From: Candidatus Poribacteria bacterium
GTDB lineage: Bacteria > Poribacteria > WGA-4E > PCPOR2b
Direction: 5' to 3'
NCBI GenBank assembly: GCA_965208325.1
Contig: OZ242326.1
Location: 1,984,001-2,048,000, forward strand
Length of the DNA: 64,000 nt
The translations under genes were made by a program, and so were the position numbers. Below are positions 12,001 through 21,091 of this stretch, one piece after another. Below the pieces are notes generated by a model. It was not told the DNA's origin and did no database searches. It saw only the letters and a program-made list of their open reading frames with translations. Each line of letters begins with the position of its first letter. Within the stretch, counting starts at the first letter, position 1.

Positions 12001-15000
12001 CACCCGTGTTGCAAGACAGCGATTTGCGCCGGAGATCGACGATTCAGGTGACAGGGCCCGATGGACAGGTGGTACCGGCAGAGGAGATAACTGCCGACGC
12101 GGAAAACGCGCGTTTAACGTGGGCGATTGACACCGTCTTGCCCCGCAACGGGACGGCAGACGGGCAATACACCGTCAGTGTGAGGTATGAAGATTCCGCG
12201 GGCAGCGCTTTCGCCGAAGAGTTTACCCTTGTTTTTGACACGCAAATTCCGACCGTTGTTAGTACAACACCAAGCGCCGGCGACAACATCTCCGAATTGA
12301 GTCAAGTTATTGTTAAATTCGAGCCGGACCTTAGCGGTGTCGACCTCGCCGCTTCCCAAGTGCTTCTAATTCAACCTGATGGCACGCCGATTTTGTCGAA
12401 CACGTCGAACGACGGGCTTGACACAATTATGCTGCAATTTAATCCGCTGCGGACAGATGGGGCTGCTGACGGGATTTACGCGATTGAAATCACGTCCGTG
12501 GATGGTGCGGGAAATGTCTCCGACGCGCCATTTCGATTTGAATTTACGTTCGCAACACAGTCACCGGAGATTGACACGCTGGTGCCGGCAGACAATGCGA
12601 TTGTCAACAGCGTGGAAGATATTACGGCGACGCTGATTGACAAAAGCGGAAGCGGGATTGATTTTTCGCAATCGACAATCATATTGAAAAATGCCCTTGG
12701 CGAGAGAATCGCGGGAGTTTTGAGAAATGACGGCGCACAGACGCTCACGCTGGAGACTACACTACCAACCGACGGCGCGGCGGACGGGGGGTACACAATC
12801 GAACTTAATTTAGTTAATGAACTCGGCACGGCAGCGGATTACACAAGCGTTTTTCTGTATGACAGCCACCCGCCGCAGATTACGCCGGAATCCCGCATGC
12901 CCGCGGACAGTGCGACGAACCGGAATCAAATTGAAGTTGAATTTGAAGTAGTAGACCCGGCGCCTTCCACGGCAAGAGACGGCGTGGAAGGGTCGGGGAT
13001 TGATTTTTCTGCGTCAGAGGTGCAATTGATGGCGCCGGACAATTCTCCAATTGACGGCGAGAAGACCTACGACGGAATAAGCCGCATCACCTTTGAATCC
13101 GCCGCGTTTTCGAGTGTCGGGACATACACCCTCGTCGTAACGCTGGTGGATATAGCGGGCAACAGCGGGATTCCGCAGACATTTACAATCGCATACGACA
13201 TGGAAAAACCCGTCATTGAGGCGTTGAACGCGATTACGCCATCGGACGCCGTTCCCCTCGACATTATTGGCGGTGCGTCCAACATCAGCAACCAGTTGAC
13301 GCGTGTCGAGGTTGTCTTGAGCGACGACAGTGCAGGGATAGATTTTAACCGCACATCGGTGCAGATTTTGAACCCTGACGGGGACGCAGTTGCCGGCACA
13401 CTTAATAACGACAGCAGCGAAACGGTTTGGCGGCTGCTTGATACCCCTCTTTCTCGTACCGGCGACGCCGACGGCGCGTATTCAATCCGCGTACAAGCCT
13501 ACGATAAAGCCGGGAATTTTGAAGACATATCGTTCATCCTGCGTTACGACACGCAAGCGCCGAACGTAGAATCTATTCGCGCTGAACAGACTGACGGTAT
13601 GAGTATTGATGTGCTTCAGGAATCTACAGTCATCATGTCCCCCATCCACCGTCTAATCGTAGCTTTCTCGGACGATGGCGGCAGCGGCATGGATTTCTCA
13701 AGGACGGCTGTGCGTCTAACCGCCCCGAACGGGGACGAGATTGGCGGAAATCAATCCGATGATGGGGCCGGTACTGCGATTTTCAGTTTTAATGCGCTGC
13801 CGGTAAACGGATTGGCTGACGGGCGTTACCGCATTCAGGTGACGCCAACAGATTTGGCGGGTAACACGTACACCAGTCCAATCGAATTTCCGTTCTTTTA
13901 TAGTACCCAGAATCCGGAGATAGTCTCGACGACACCGGCTGCGTTTTCATACGCTGCCCGGCTCACGTCTGTGAGCGCGGCGCTGCTAGATCACAGCGGC
14001 GAGGGTATTGATTTCGAGCGATCTACTATTCAGCTTACGGGGCCAGCGGGCAACCCGGCCGCGGGACGCATTCGCGCAGACAAAACGGCTTCGACACTTA
14101 CGTTGGAGTTGGATACCGCCCTGGCTCGAAACGGGGATGCAGATGGAGAATACGTCATCGGACTGACCGTCGCCGATAAAGCGGGCAACGTCGTCGAAGC
14201 ATCTAACACGTTTATATACGACACGCAGATACCACGGATTGTGTCCGTGACCGCAAATACCGATCCCCCAACGAACATCGAGGCTGACCAGTTAGAAATT
14301 ATAGATACGTCGTTGCATGAGATTGCTGTCATATTCTCAGACGCATATGATAAAATAACCGCAGTCAGCGGGGTAGACCTCGCGGGAACATCGGTTCGAT
14401 TGATTGCGCCGGGGGAAACTCAGGTCGACGTACACGCCCGGGACGACGGGGTTGACACGATGACCGTCACTTTTACGCGCTTGACCCGTTCCGGCAACTA
14501 CACGCTCGAAATCACACCGCATGACCTCGCCGGCAACGTATCGGGGCGCGCCATCCCTTACAATTTCCGCATTGAGTTGGCGCCTCCCCGCGTGGAAGCT
14601 GTCACCATTGGCGGACATTCTGCACCGGTTGAGTTTGTTAATGCGGTGGACACCATCGCCGCCTCGCTTATAGATGTCAGCGGCATCGGTTTAGACTTGA
14701 CCTCCGACGGGTCGAGAATTATTGTGGTTGGACCCGACGGAGAGGTTGACGGAATTCAGAGCACGCGCGGCACGAATGAGATTGTCTGGACGCCGTTGCA
14801 ACTGGCGACGGACGGTACAATGGACGGCACCTATACGGCGACAATCACCCCAATTGATGCTGCTGGTGAAGCCGGCATTCCGGCGCGGCATCAATTCATA
14901 CTGGATACGCAGCCGCCCGCGGTAAGTGCGGTGTCGCCAATCACTCTCACGGAACCGGTATCTTATATCGGGGAGCAGATTTCGCAAATCGCTGCATTGG

Positions 15001-17258
15001 TAGTTGACACGGGTCCGGCTGGGCTGAAAATCGATGAACAGCGAATTCACTTATTGGATTCACACGAGAACCTTATCCCAGGAGATTTAACCAATGACGG
15101 CACCGAACTGATAATCTTCACGCTTTCTCAGTCTTTGGCAACCGATGGCAGCGACGATGGAACATACACCGTAATACTTGTTCTCAGCGACAATGCTGGC
15201 AATTTGAGCGGCATTGCGCATCAGGTGGTGTATGACACGATAGCCCCAACGGTGCAAACACACCCGGCAGACGGCGAGGCGATTCGTGATGATATTCGTA
15301 CAATTTCAGCCGATTTACGGGATACGGGCGGCAGCGGCATCGATTTCGACGCGTCGACTTTGACCCTTTTGGATGCAAGCGGCGAAGAAATTACCGGTGA
15401 GCCGAACAACGATGGCCGCGGGCGGATGACACTGCAGATTCCGGGGCTTGTGACGGACGGGAACTATACTATCCGCGTCCTAGCTGTGGATCGCGCGGGA
15501 AATGGCGCCGATTCGCCTTTCACGGCGCGTTTCCTTTATTCGTCAAGTATACCGGCGGTGGTTTCGACAATCCCAGCGACTTCGCCTCCTGAAAGAGCAA
15601 CTACGAACAGACCCCTTCGCCAGGTTGAAGCTCAACTTCAGTTTGACGGAGACGACTCGGATCGTTCAACGATTACACTGCTCTCTCCCGACGGTACACC
15701 TGTGGCGGGAATACAGACTGAAGCTGGAAGCAGATTAGTGTATCGGCTGTCGCGCCCTCTTGCTTCGGATGGATCTGACGATGGCATGTATACCATTTCG
15801 GTGATACCGGTCAATCGCGCCGGACGCCAGGGGGCAACGCGGCAATTTACCTTTGCTTACGATACGATTCCACCCGAGGCCGATCCGGATACCGTATCGT
15901 TGATTGTAGCGGAACCGGGCGTTAACAATGCGCTCAACGAGATTCAGGTACTGATTACCGACGCCGAGCCGGGTTCGGGAATTAATTGGGACGATTTGGC
16001 TGAATCTTGGCTCACGCTTGAGAACATTGAGACGGGCCAGCGCATTCGCGGTACGTTGTCTAGCGATGAGCAGGAAACGCTTTCCTTGCGACTGGCGACG
16101 CCGCTTGCCAGCGACGGAAGCCAAGATGGCGCATACCGCGTAACCGTAGTTGCCGCGGACCGCGCAAAGAACACCTCGGATCCGGTGATGTACGAGTTCA
16201 CCTACGATACACGTCCGCCGCTAGTTATTACGCATTCCTTAGAAATCAATGATCAGCCTCTGCTCTACGATAGGGAGCATACCGACTATCCATCGGCAAC
16301 TAACAGAATTATCGGCGTAGTCATTCGGGCAAGACTGGAAGATATTGCCCGCGACGGCACGCGCGGGCTGGGAGTTGACCTCTCTCAATCAACAATTGCT
16401 CTGCATGATCCGGGGGGAAATCCGATAAACGGGCACATGCGCCAAAACGGCGTGGATGCGATTGAGTTCAAATCTGACGCACTATCAACCGAAGGGCTTT
16501 ATCAGGTTACCATCACGAGCGTTGGGTTAGATGAGGCGGATCTCGGTTTTCAACCGATGGATTCAATCTCTACGGAGTTTCTTTATGAAAGAACTGAACC
16601 GGTTGCCGCGCTCACGGATTTCGGCGGCGTCACGACACTTGAAAACGAACCGATTCCGTTAAGTGGCACGGCTCATGATCCGGAGACGGAAGAAGTTTCC
16701 GCATCCGGAGTTCTGCAGATTGAGATTGTTGGCGTCGGTCCCGACGGCGCCCCGATCAATCCGGTGCCGGCGCAAGATGTAAGTGAAGCGGAGGAGGAAC
16801 CGTGGAGCCGCTGGTCGGCCGATTTTCTGCCCACGCAATCCGGGGTATACAACCTTGATATTCGCGCCACTGATCAGGCGGGCAACGTTTCGGTGGTTGA
16901 CGGCGTAACGGCGACGTTCTCGGTTTCGCTCTCTTTCAAGGGATCGACGTATGTTTGGCCGAATCCCGTGAGACATTCAATCGGGGATGCGGCTAACTTC
17001 TCCTTCGATATCAACGCCCCGGTCGACGATCGGATGGACGTACTCTTAAGTATTTACGATTTTGCCGGCGATCTCGTATACTATGAGGAGTTTCAAGAAA
17101 TTTCCGCGGGCCGAACCGATCAGCTCGTGACGTGGAATCTAGAAAATCAATCGGGCGCCGACGTTGCGCGCGGTGTCTATATCTTCCGTCTTGAAGCGCA
17201 GCGTACCGGTTCAGAAGAACGTGCAAATGTAGTTGGCAAGGTTCTTGTTGTTGAATGA
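9009..17258 (+). CDS. Giant secreted Ig-like repeat protein with FlgD-type Ig domains (2749 aa)
   Basis: Signal-like N-terminus; many PLxxDGSxDGxYxxxVxxxDxAGN and SGIDF repeats; C-terminal YVWPNP..IYD..W..GVYIFRL. Confidence 0.9.
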   Translation: MIFKEFKRHMAGRMSTAGRFHIVLLLSVLQLLFHLPLPFSPVQPLAWGLGFDSEPQVIDDADEDDVFSPNGDDVQDKLLISFVTDGARGDFRIIIDVHGGGGIGPPDGEFDPDDDWLIIGEIGSGATENDAPKVIRQEWDGKDRSPEQEGPTTARAVRDGTYTIRVDIDDFQDGRVDGVFGRRETETVTATVDTTSPRVTVQISLREFSPNDDGIKDSTEFIYSLSESLPDDSAAREPALQLEFTQPNRPAISLTIRSEGDHPYNWEGNDGSGIPLGDGTYNLQLRGVDKGGNIGTFEIGAVTIDTEPPSVLQVTPGGITFQNTPISVIEVIVNPGDGSAIDFTPTGTDITLQNETGDPIAGRLSRNDNRLTLTLDTPLDDIEENGEYTVTADVLDLAGNGVQETVNFTFDTSPPIVTRLTANGLDLKPGTAFNTPLQFVQAFLADNIALNRNASTIRLNGPSGAVDGGQGPVGENGIQFWLSFPLETDGSDDGTYTLTVVPVDSAANEGSQRQISFIYDTQPPQLLSLNPIEMSEPRTFRNTLISQVTAAFDDGDGSGINLDTTTIEMARQVEVGDTAPVAGELIPNVNDSTLVFRLNQPLQVRDGSQDGAYRVQVSFADKVGNAQSTDAVLIFDTQAPVLTATTPEDNATVSSLSEVTVRLDDATSGIDFSSTTVRLLHGGNAVSADASDNGQDTVTLSLAKPLATDGSDDGEYTIEISPADRAGNIGTVRHNRFFFETRIPEIRLNVPSESQVSTLGTIEAQLLDYVGPGISFSAVLQDGVLRRESTIQVIGPDGGVVLPKEITADSEHARLIWTIGTPLPRDGSADGDYTVRVRYVDIADAAFTEDFTFTFDTQIPTVASTTPGAGDIVTALNQVVVKFESDVSGVDLGASEVRLIQPDGSPILSNISNDGFDTIVLQFNPLPTDGTADGIFAIEVTSADRAGNAADAPLRFEFTYATQTPEIRLNSPSETHISNLTTVEAQLLGYTGPGINFSPVLQDSDLRRRSTIQVTGPDGQVVPAEEITADAENARLTWAIDTVLPRNGTADGQYTVSVRYEDSAGSAFAEEFTLVFDTQIPTVVSTTPSAGDNISELSQVIVKFEPDLSGVDLAASQVLLIQPDGTPILSNTSNDGLDTIMLQFNPLRTDGAADGIYAIEITSVDGAGNVSDAPFRFEFTFATQSPEIDTLVPADNAIVNSVEDITATLIDKSGSGIDFSQSTIILKNALGERIAGVLRNDGAQTLTLETTLPTDGAADGGYTIELNLVNELGTAADYTSVFLYDSHPPQITPESRMPADSATNRNQIEVEFEVVDPAPSTARDGVEGSGIDFSASEVQLMAPDNSPIDGEKTYDGISRITFESAAFSSVGTYTLVVTLVDIAGNSGIPQTFTIAYDMEKPVIEALNAITPSDAVPLDIIGGASNISNQLTRVEVVLSDDSAGIDFNRTSVQILNPDGDAVAGTLNNDSSETVWRLLDTPLSRTGDADGAYSIRVQAYDKAGNFEDISFILRYDTQAPNVESIRAEQTDGMSIDVLQESTVIMSPIHRLIVAFSDDGGSGMDFSRTAVRLTAPNGDEIGGNQSDDGAGTAIFSFNALPVNGLADGRYRIQVTPTDLAGNTYTSPIEFPFFYSTQNPEIVSTTPAAFSYAARLTSVSAALLDHSGEGIDFERSTIQLTGPAGNPAAGRIRADKTASTLTLELDTALARNGDADGEYVIGLTVADKAGNVVEASNTFIYDTQIPRIVSVTANTDPPTNIEADQLEIIDTSLHEIAVIFSDAYDKITAVSGVDLAGTSVRLIAPGETQVDVHARDDGVDTMTVTFTRLTRSGNYTLEITPHDLAGNVSGRAIPYNFRIELAPPRVEAVTIGGHSAPVEFVNAVDTIAASLIDVSGIGLDLTSDGSRIIVVGPDGEVDGIQSTRGTNEIVWTPLQLATDGTMDGTYTATITPIDAAGEAGIPARHQFILDTQPPAVSAVSPITLTEPVSYIGEQISQIAALVVDTGPAGLKIDEQRIHLLDSHENLIPGDLTNDGTELIIFTLSQSLATDGSDDGTYTVILVLSDNAGNLSGIAHQVVYDTIAPTVQTHPADGEAIRDDIRTISADLRDTGGSGIDFDASTLTLLDASGEEITGEPNNDGRGRMTLQIPGLVTDGNYTIRVLAVDRAGNGADSPFTARFLYSSSIPAVVSTIPATSPPERATTNRPLRQVEAQLQFDGDDSDRSTITLLSPDGTPVAGIQTEAGSRLVYRLSRPLASDGSDDGMYTISVIPVNRAGRQGATRQFTFAYDTIPPEADPDTVSLIVAEPGVNNALNEIQVLITDAEPGSGINWDDLAESWLTLENIETGQRIRGTLSSDEQETLSLRLATPLASDGSQDGAYRVTVVAADRAKNTSDPVMYEFTYDTRPPLVITHSLEINDQPLLYDREHTDYPSATNRIIGVVIRARLEDIARDGTRGLGVDLSQSTIALHDPGGNPINGHMRQNGVDAIEFKSDALSTEGLYQVTITSVGLDEADLGFQPMDSISTEFLYERTEPVAALTDFGGVTTLENEPIPLSGTAHDPETEEVSASGVLQIEIVGVGPDGAPINPVPAQDVSEAEEEPWSRWSADFLPTQSGVYNLDIRATDQAGNVSVVDGVTATFSVSLSFKGSTYVWPNPVRHSIGDAANFSFDINAPVDDRMDVLLSIYDFAGDLVYYEEFQEISAGRTDQLVTWNLENQSGADVARGVYIFRLEAQRTGSEERANVVGKVLVVE

Positions 17259-17284
17259 TGGGTGACGGAACAATTCTATGCGTT

Positions 17285-18195
17285 TAAAAAACCGAGTTTT
17301 GAAGAAAAAACTCGGTTTTAAATTGAATAGGTTTTTGTAGGTTCAAAAGCGTTGGGTTTCGCTTCAATCATCGGATTTTCGTACGCGATAAAGTTTACAG
17401 GGCGGTTCGTTTTAATGGGCGATTTTTGGATGAATCCGCTCTACCCAACCTACAAAAACTTGATCCCGGGCTACCGTGTGTGGGTAGTGCGGTTGCACAA
17501 AAAGTTACGGCACACGGAGTGCGCATACTACTTTGCGCGGCAAGATGCCGCGCCTACAATGGGAATGGATGCGGCGCGAGTTTCGGCGAATACCTTGGAA
17601 ATTTGCGGGTTGAGATGGCGCCGGGTTACGACGTGCAGCGGGGGGTCCTGCGATTACGGAAATGGTTACGGCACACCGAGAATATTGAAGAAACCGAGTT
17701 TTGAAGAAAAACTCGGTTTTGAATTTAATAGTTTTTTGTAGGTTGGGTAGAGCGGATTTGGTAATTGATGTGTAGTGTTTTGTGGGCAGTACCTACGTTG
17801 GGATTGATGGGTTAATGTAATAGCGGAGCGAAACCCAACGTTTTTGGAGCGTTGGAATAATAGAACGATAGACACCAAAACGATTGGATAAAGGAAATTC
17901 ATTGAGAGGATTTGGATTCCGGAGCGGTGTGTGGTATTTAGAAGTTCATAGGGTTGCGGGAGGTTTCAAAAGCGTTGGGTTTCGCTTCAATCATCGGATT
18001 TTCGTACGCGATAAAGTTTACAGGGCGGTTCGTTTTAATGGGCGATTTTTGGATGAATCCGCTCTACCCAACCTACAAAAACTTGATCCCGGGCTACCGT
18101 GTGTGGGTAGTGCGGTTGCACAAAAAAGTTACGGCACACGGAGTGTGCCTACTACTTTGCGCGGCAAGATGCCGCGCCTACAATGGGAATGGATG
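17285..18195. repeat. Composite REP-like region with a ~230-bp direct duplication (17342-17571 and 17965-18195) around an inverted copy
   Basis: Near-identical sequence; duplicated shadow ORF text. Confidence 0.9.
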
Positions 18196-18230
18196 TGAGC
18201 AATATTTATGCACAATTTTATCTGAAAATT

Positions 18231-18239
18231 TGATATAAT
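18231..18239 (+). promoter_or_regulatory. Extended -10 promoter TGaTATAAT
   Basis: Consensus match in an AT-rich region upstream of the NHL gene. Confidence 0.55.
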
Positions 18240-18259
18240 ATTTGGTTAAGCCCGATTGT

Positions 18260-18295
18260 AAGGGGCAGTCTACCGCAGATTGCCCCTTCGTTTTT
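18260..18295 (+). terminator. Intrinsic terminator-like hairpin in the leader of the NHL gene
   Basis: AAGGGGCAGTCT/AGATTGCCCCTT stem followed by CGTTTTT. Confidence 0.55.
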
Positions 18296-18322
18296 GATAT
18301 CTGATGCATATTTTATGGGAGA

Positions 18323-19276
18323 ATGATAATGGACCAATCAACATCGAACCGCGGCGCCGAGATTGAAATTGAGGGTAGCGGCGGGTTTAGATACGAGGTC
18401 GCCCAAGATTGGGAACAGTTGCCGCAAGGATTACGCTTCGGCGAAGTGGCAGGGGTAGCGGTAGACTCAAACGACCGCGTTTATGTTTTCCACCGCAGCG
18501 AGACTCCGGTTGTTATCTTCGAGCGCGACGGCACTTTTGTGAACTCTTGGGGCGAGGGAGACTTCGCTCGACCACACGGCATATTTATTGGACCTGACGA
18601 TTCAGTGTATCTTACCGATGATTTCGACCACACCGTTCGGAAGTTTACGACGGACGGCGAGCTACTCCTGACGTTGGGTGTCAGCGGCGAATGCCCGGAT
18701 ACCGGCGTAATAAACATGGATCCGGGCACGGTTGTCCGCGCGGGACCGCCCTTCAATTTGCCGACCAATTTAGGTCTTTCCCAGAATGGCGACATGTATA
18801 TCTCGGATGGTTATGGCAACGCGCGCGTCCACAAATTTTCGGCGGATGGCGAGTTGCTTTTATCGTGGGGAGAACCCGGCACTGGGCCCGGGCAGTTTAT
18901 TCTCCCGCACGGCGTGGCTCTGGACCGGAATGACAAAGTGTACGTCGCGGATCGGTCGAACAACCGAATCCAAGTCTTCACGGCTGGCGGCGAGTATCTG
19001 ACCGAATGGACGGATACAGAATCTCCGTGCCAGCTATTCATTGACGCCGACGACTATGCTTACGTAGCGGAATTGCCCGGCCGAGTCAGTATTTTTGATC
19101 TCAACGGCGCACTCCAAGCACGGTGGGGTACCGGCAGCGGGGCGGACATTCCGGGCGATTTGCAGGGCGCCCACGGGATTTATGTTGATGCGCATGGAGA
19201 CTTGTACGTGGGAGAAGTCGGTCTTATGCCAGAATCGCCGAATCGACATCATTTGCAGAAGTTTATCCGAATTTGA
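18323..19276 (+). CDS. NHL-repeat protein (peptidyl-alpha-hydroxyglycine lyase-like)
   Basis: PHGIFI, ISDGYGNARVHKF, PHGVALD, VADRSNNRIQVF. Confidence 0.9.
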   Translation: MIMDQSTSNRGAEIEIEGSGGFRYEVAQDWEQLPQGLRFGEVAGVAVDSNDRVYVFHRSETPVVIFERDGTFVNSWGEGDFARPHGIFIGPDDSVYLTDDFDHTVRKFTTDGELLLTLGVSGECPDTGVINMDPGTVVRAGPPFNLPTNLGLSQNGDMYISDGYGNARVHKFSADGELLLSWGEPGTGPGQFILPHGVALDRNDKVYVADRSNNRIQVFTAGGEYLTEWTDTESPCQLFIDADDYAYVAELPGRVSIFDLNGALQARWGTGSGADIPGDLQGAHGIYVDAHGDLYVGEVGLMPESPNRHHLQKFIRI

Positions 19277-19296
19277 ATCTAATTTGAATGTATTTG

Positions 19297-19331
19297 CCTT
19301 CGGAAGGACTTCAGCCTTCCGAAGGTTCCAC
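19297..19331. repeat. REP-like palindrome CCTTCGGAAGG-N7-CCTTCCGAAGG-TTCCAC
   Basis: 11-bp perfect inverted repeat with a GTGG foot on the minus strand. Confidence 0.6.
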
Positions 19332-19387
19332 GCTCCAGCAAACCGTATCGACCACAATCAGATTTATATTGAAAGACCAGAGGCGAC

Positions 19388-20218
19388 ATGAGAACGTACG
19401 ATTGCGAACCGACGTTAAACGACTTACAAGTTCTGGAATTCTGCCATAACGGTTATTTGATGCTAGAGGGCGTTGTGCCGGACGAAATTAACAAAAGAAC
19501 TACCCAGTTTCTGGAAGAACGCACAGGAGAGACGTTCGGCAAAATTGTGGATGAAGACTGGTTTGTGGACAATGTGCTTACCAATCCACAGGCGGCGGGT
19601 GCGGTGCGGTCACTGCTCGGCAAGGATTTCTCTCTGACGATGCCTTACATGGCAAATCATCAAGCTGAGGGGCCGGGGCCAGCGCAAGGCTGGCACCGGG
19701 ACGGCGGCTCTGTATATAGCCACGAACTCGATTCGCTTCAAGTTTTCTACTATCCGCAAGATACGCCCTTAGCGATGGGGCCAACTGAAGTGGTGCCGGG
19801 CTCCCATTTTCTTTTTGCCTTACAAGGTTTTATGCATCACTACACGGGAATCCGAGAGGCGGTTTCTACCGCTGCACCGGCTGGATCCATCTTCCTTACC
19901 GTTTATTCAATATGGCACCGTCGCGGTGCGTCCACCCTCGGCGGCACCCGCAACTTGCTCAAATACTGGTACATGCGGACTTCACCGCCGGAACGGGACT
20001 GGGTAATCGACCCGGAATTTGACTTAGAGCACGCCTATCACGTCCCCGTCAAAAACACCTTCAACCGAGAAGGGCATCGAGCGCGCAATGACGCCGCGGA
20101 GATGTTTTATTGGTTGTGCGGGAAACAGAACGAATACCGCGCACGAAGCAACAATCTGCCCGTGTATTACTATGAACAGCGAAAACTCTGTAAATATTGC
20201 GGATACCGCGTGCGGTAG
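19388..20218 (+). CDS. Phytanoyl-CoA dioxygenase (PhyH) family protein
   Basis: WHRD, GPTEVVPGSH, WHR motifs. Confidence 0.9.
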   Translation: MRTYDCEPTLNDLQVLEFCHNGYLMLEGVVPDEINKRTTQFLEERTGETFGKIVDEDWFVDNVLTNPQAAGAVRSLLGKDFSLTMPYMANHQAEGPGPAQGWHRDGGSVYSHELDSLQVFYYPQDTPLAMGPTEVVPGSHFLFALQGFMHHYTGIREAVSTAAPAGSIFLTVYSIWHRRGASTLGGTRNLLKYWYMRTSPPERDWVIDPEFDLEHAYHVPVKNTFNREGHRARNDAAEMFYWLCGKQNEYRARSNNLPVYYYEQRKLCKYCGYRVR

Positions 20219-20248
20219 ACATGCCAAATGTGGAGATAAGACACAGTT

Positions 20249-21043
20249 ATGAGAACTTACGATTGCGCGCCAACGTTGACTGACTCGCAAGTTTTGGATT
20301 TTTGCCGTGCGGGCTTTCTGATGCTTGAAGGCGTTGTTCCGGACGAGATTAACACAAGGGCGTTCGATTATTTGGACGAGCATCCCGAACATACGCCGCT
20401 CCAAATTTTGGAGGAGGACTGGTTTGTCGACAATGTCATCCTTAATCCAGAGGCGGCTGGTGCGATTCGGTCGGTGTTGGGCAAGAATTTTGCGTTGACC
20501 ATGCCTTACATGGCAAATCACCGCGTGCAGTGTCCGGAGACCGCACAGGGATGGCATCGGGACAAAGGCTCGGTGTTTACTCATGGGCTGGATTCGTTGC
20601 AGGTGTTTTACTATCCACAGGATACGCCTCTGGAGCTTGGCCCGACGGAAATCATACCGGGGTCGCATTTTCGGTACGCCGATGGAATCGCTATGAGCCA
20701 CTACGGCAGCATTCGAAATTCGGTGTCAACTGCGGCGCCTGCCGGCTCGATTTTCCTCACTGTCTATTCGATATGGCACCGGCGTACTGTGTCTACAGCG
20801 AGCGGGACGCGGAATCTGTTGAAGTATTGGTACATGCGGACGGTGCCGCCAGAGCGAGATTGGATTATAGAGCCGGAGTTTGAACTCGAGCACGCCTATC
20901 ATGTTTCGATTTCCGACACGGCGGAGATGTTCTATTGGCTTTGCGGGCGACACAGTGAGTACCGCGCACGGCGGAACAACCTACCGTCCTACTACTATGA
21001 GGCGAGGAAGCTGTGTAAGTATTGCGGATATCGCATTGGGTAG
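20249..21043 (+). CDS. PhyH family protein, tandem paralog
   Basis: WHRD, GPTEIIPGSH, WHR; closely similar to the preceding gene. Confidence 0.9.
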   Translation: MRTYDCAPTLTDSQVLDFCRAGFLMLEGVVPDEINTRAFDYLDEHPEHTPLQILEEDWFVDNVILNPEAAGAIRSVLGKNFALTMPYMANHRVQCPETAQGWHRDKGSVFTHGLDSLQVFYYPQDTPLELGPTEIIPGSHFRYADGIAMSHYGSIRNSVSTAAPAGSIFLTVYSIWHRRTVSTASGTRNLLKYWYMRTVPPERDWIIEPEFELEHAYHVSISDTAEMFYWLCGRHSEYRARRNNLPSYYYEARKLCKYCGYRIG

Positions 21044-21091
21044 ATAAACGGCACAATTGGGGCAATCAATTGGTTAGATTCTAATTGCGCT

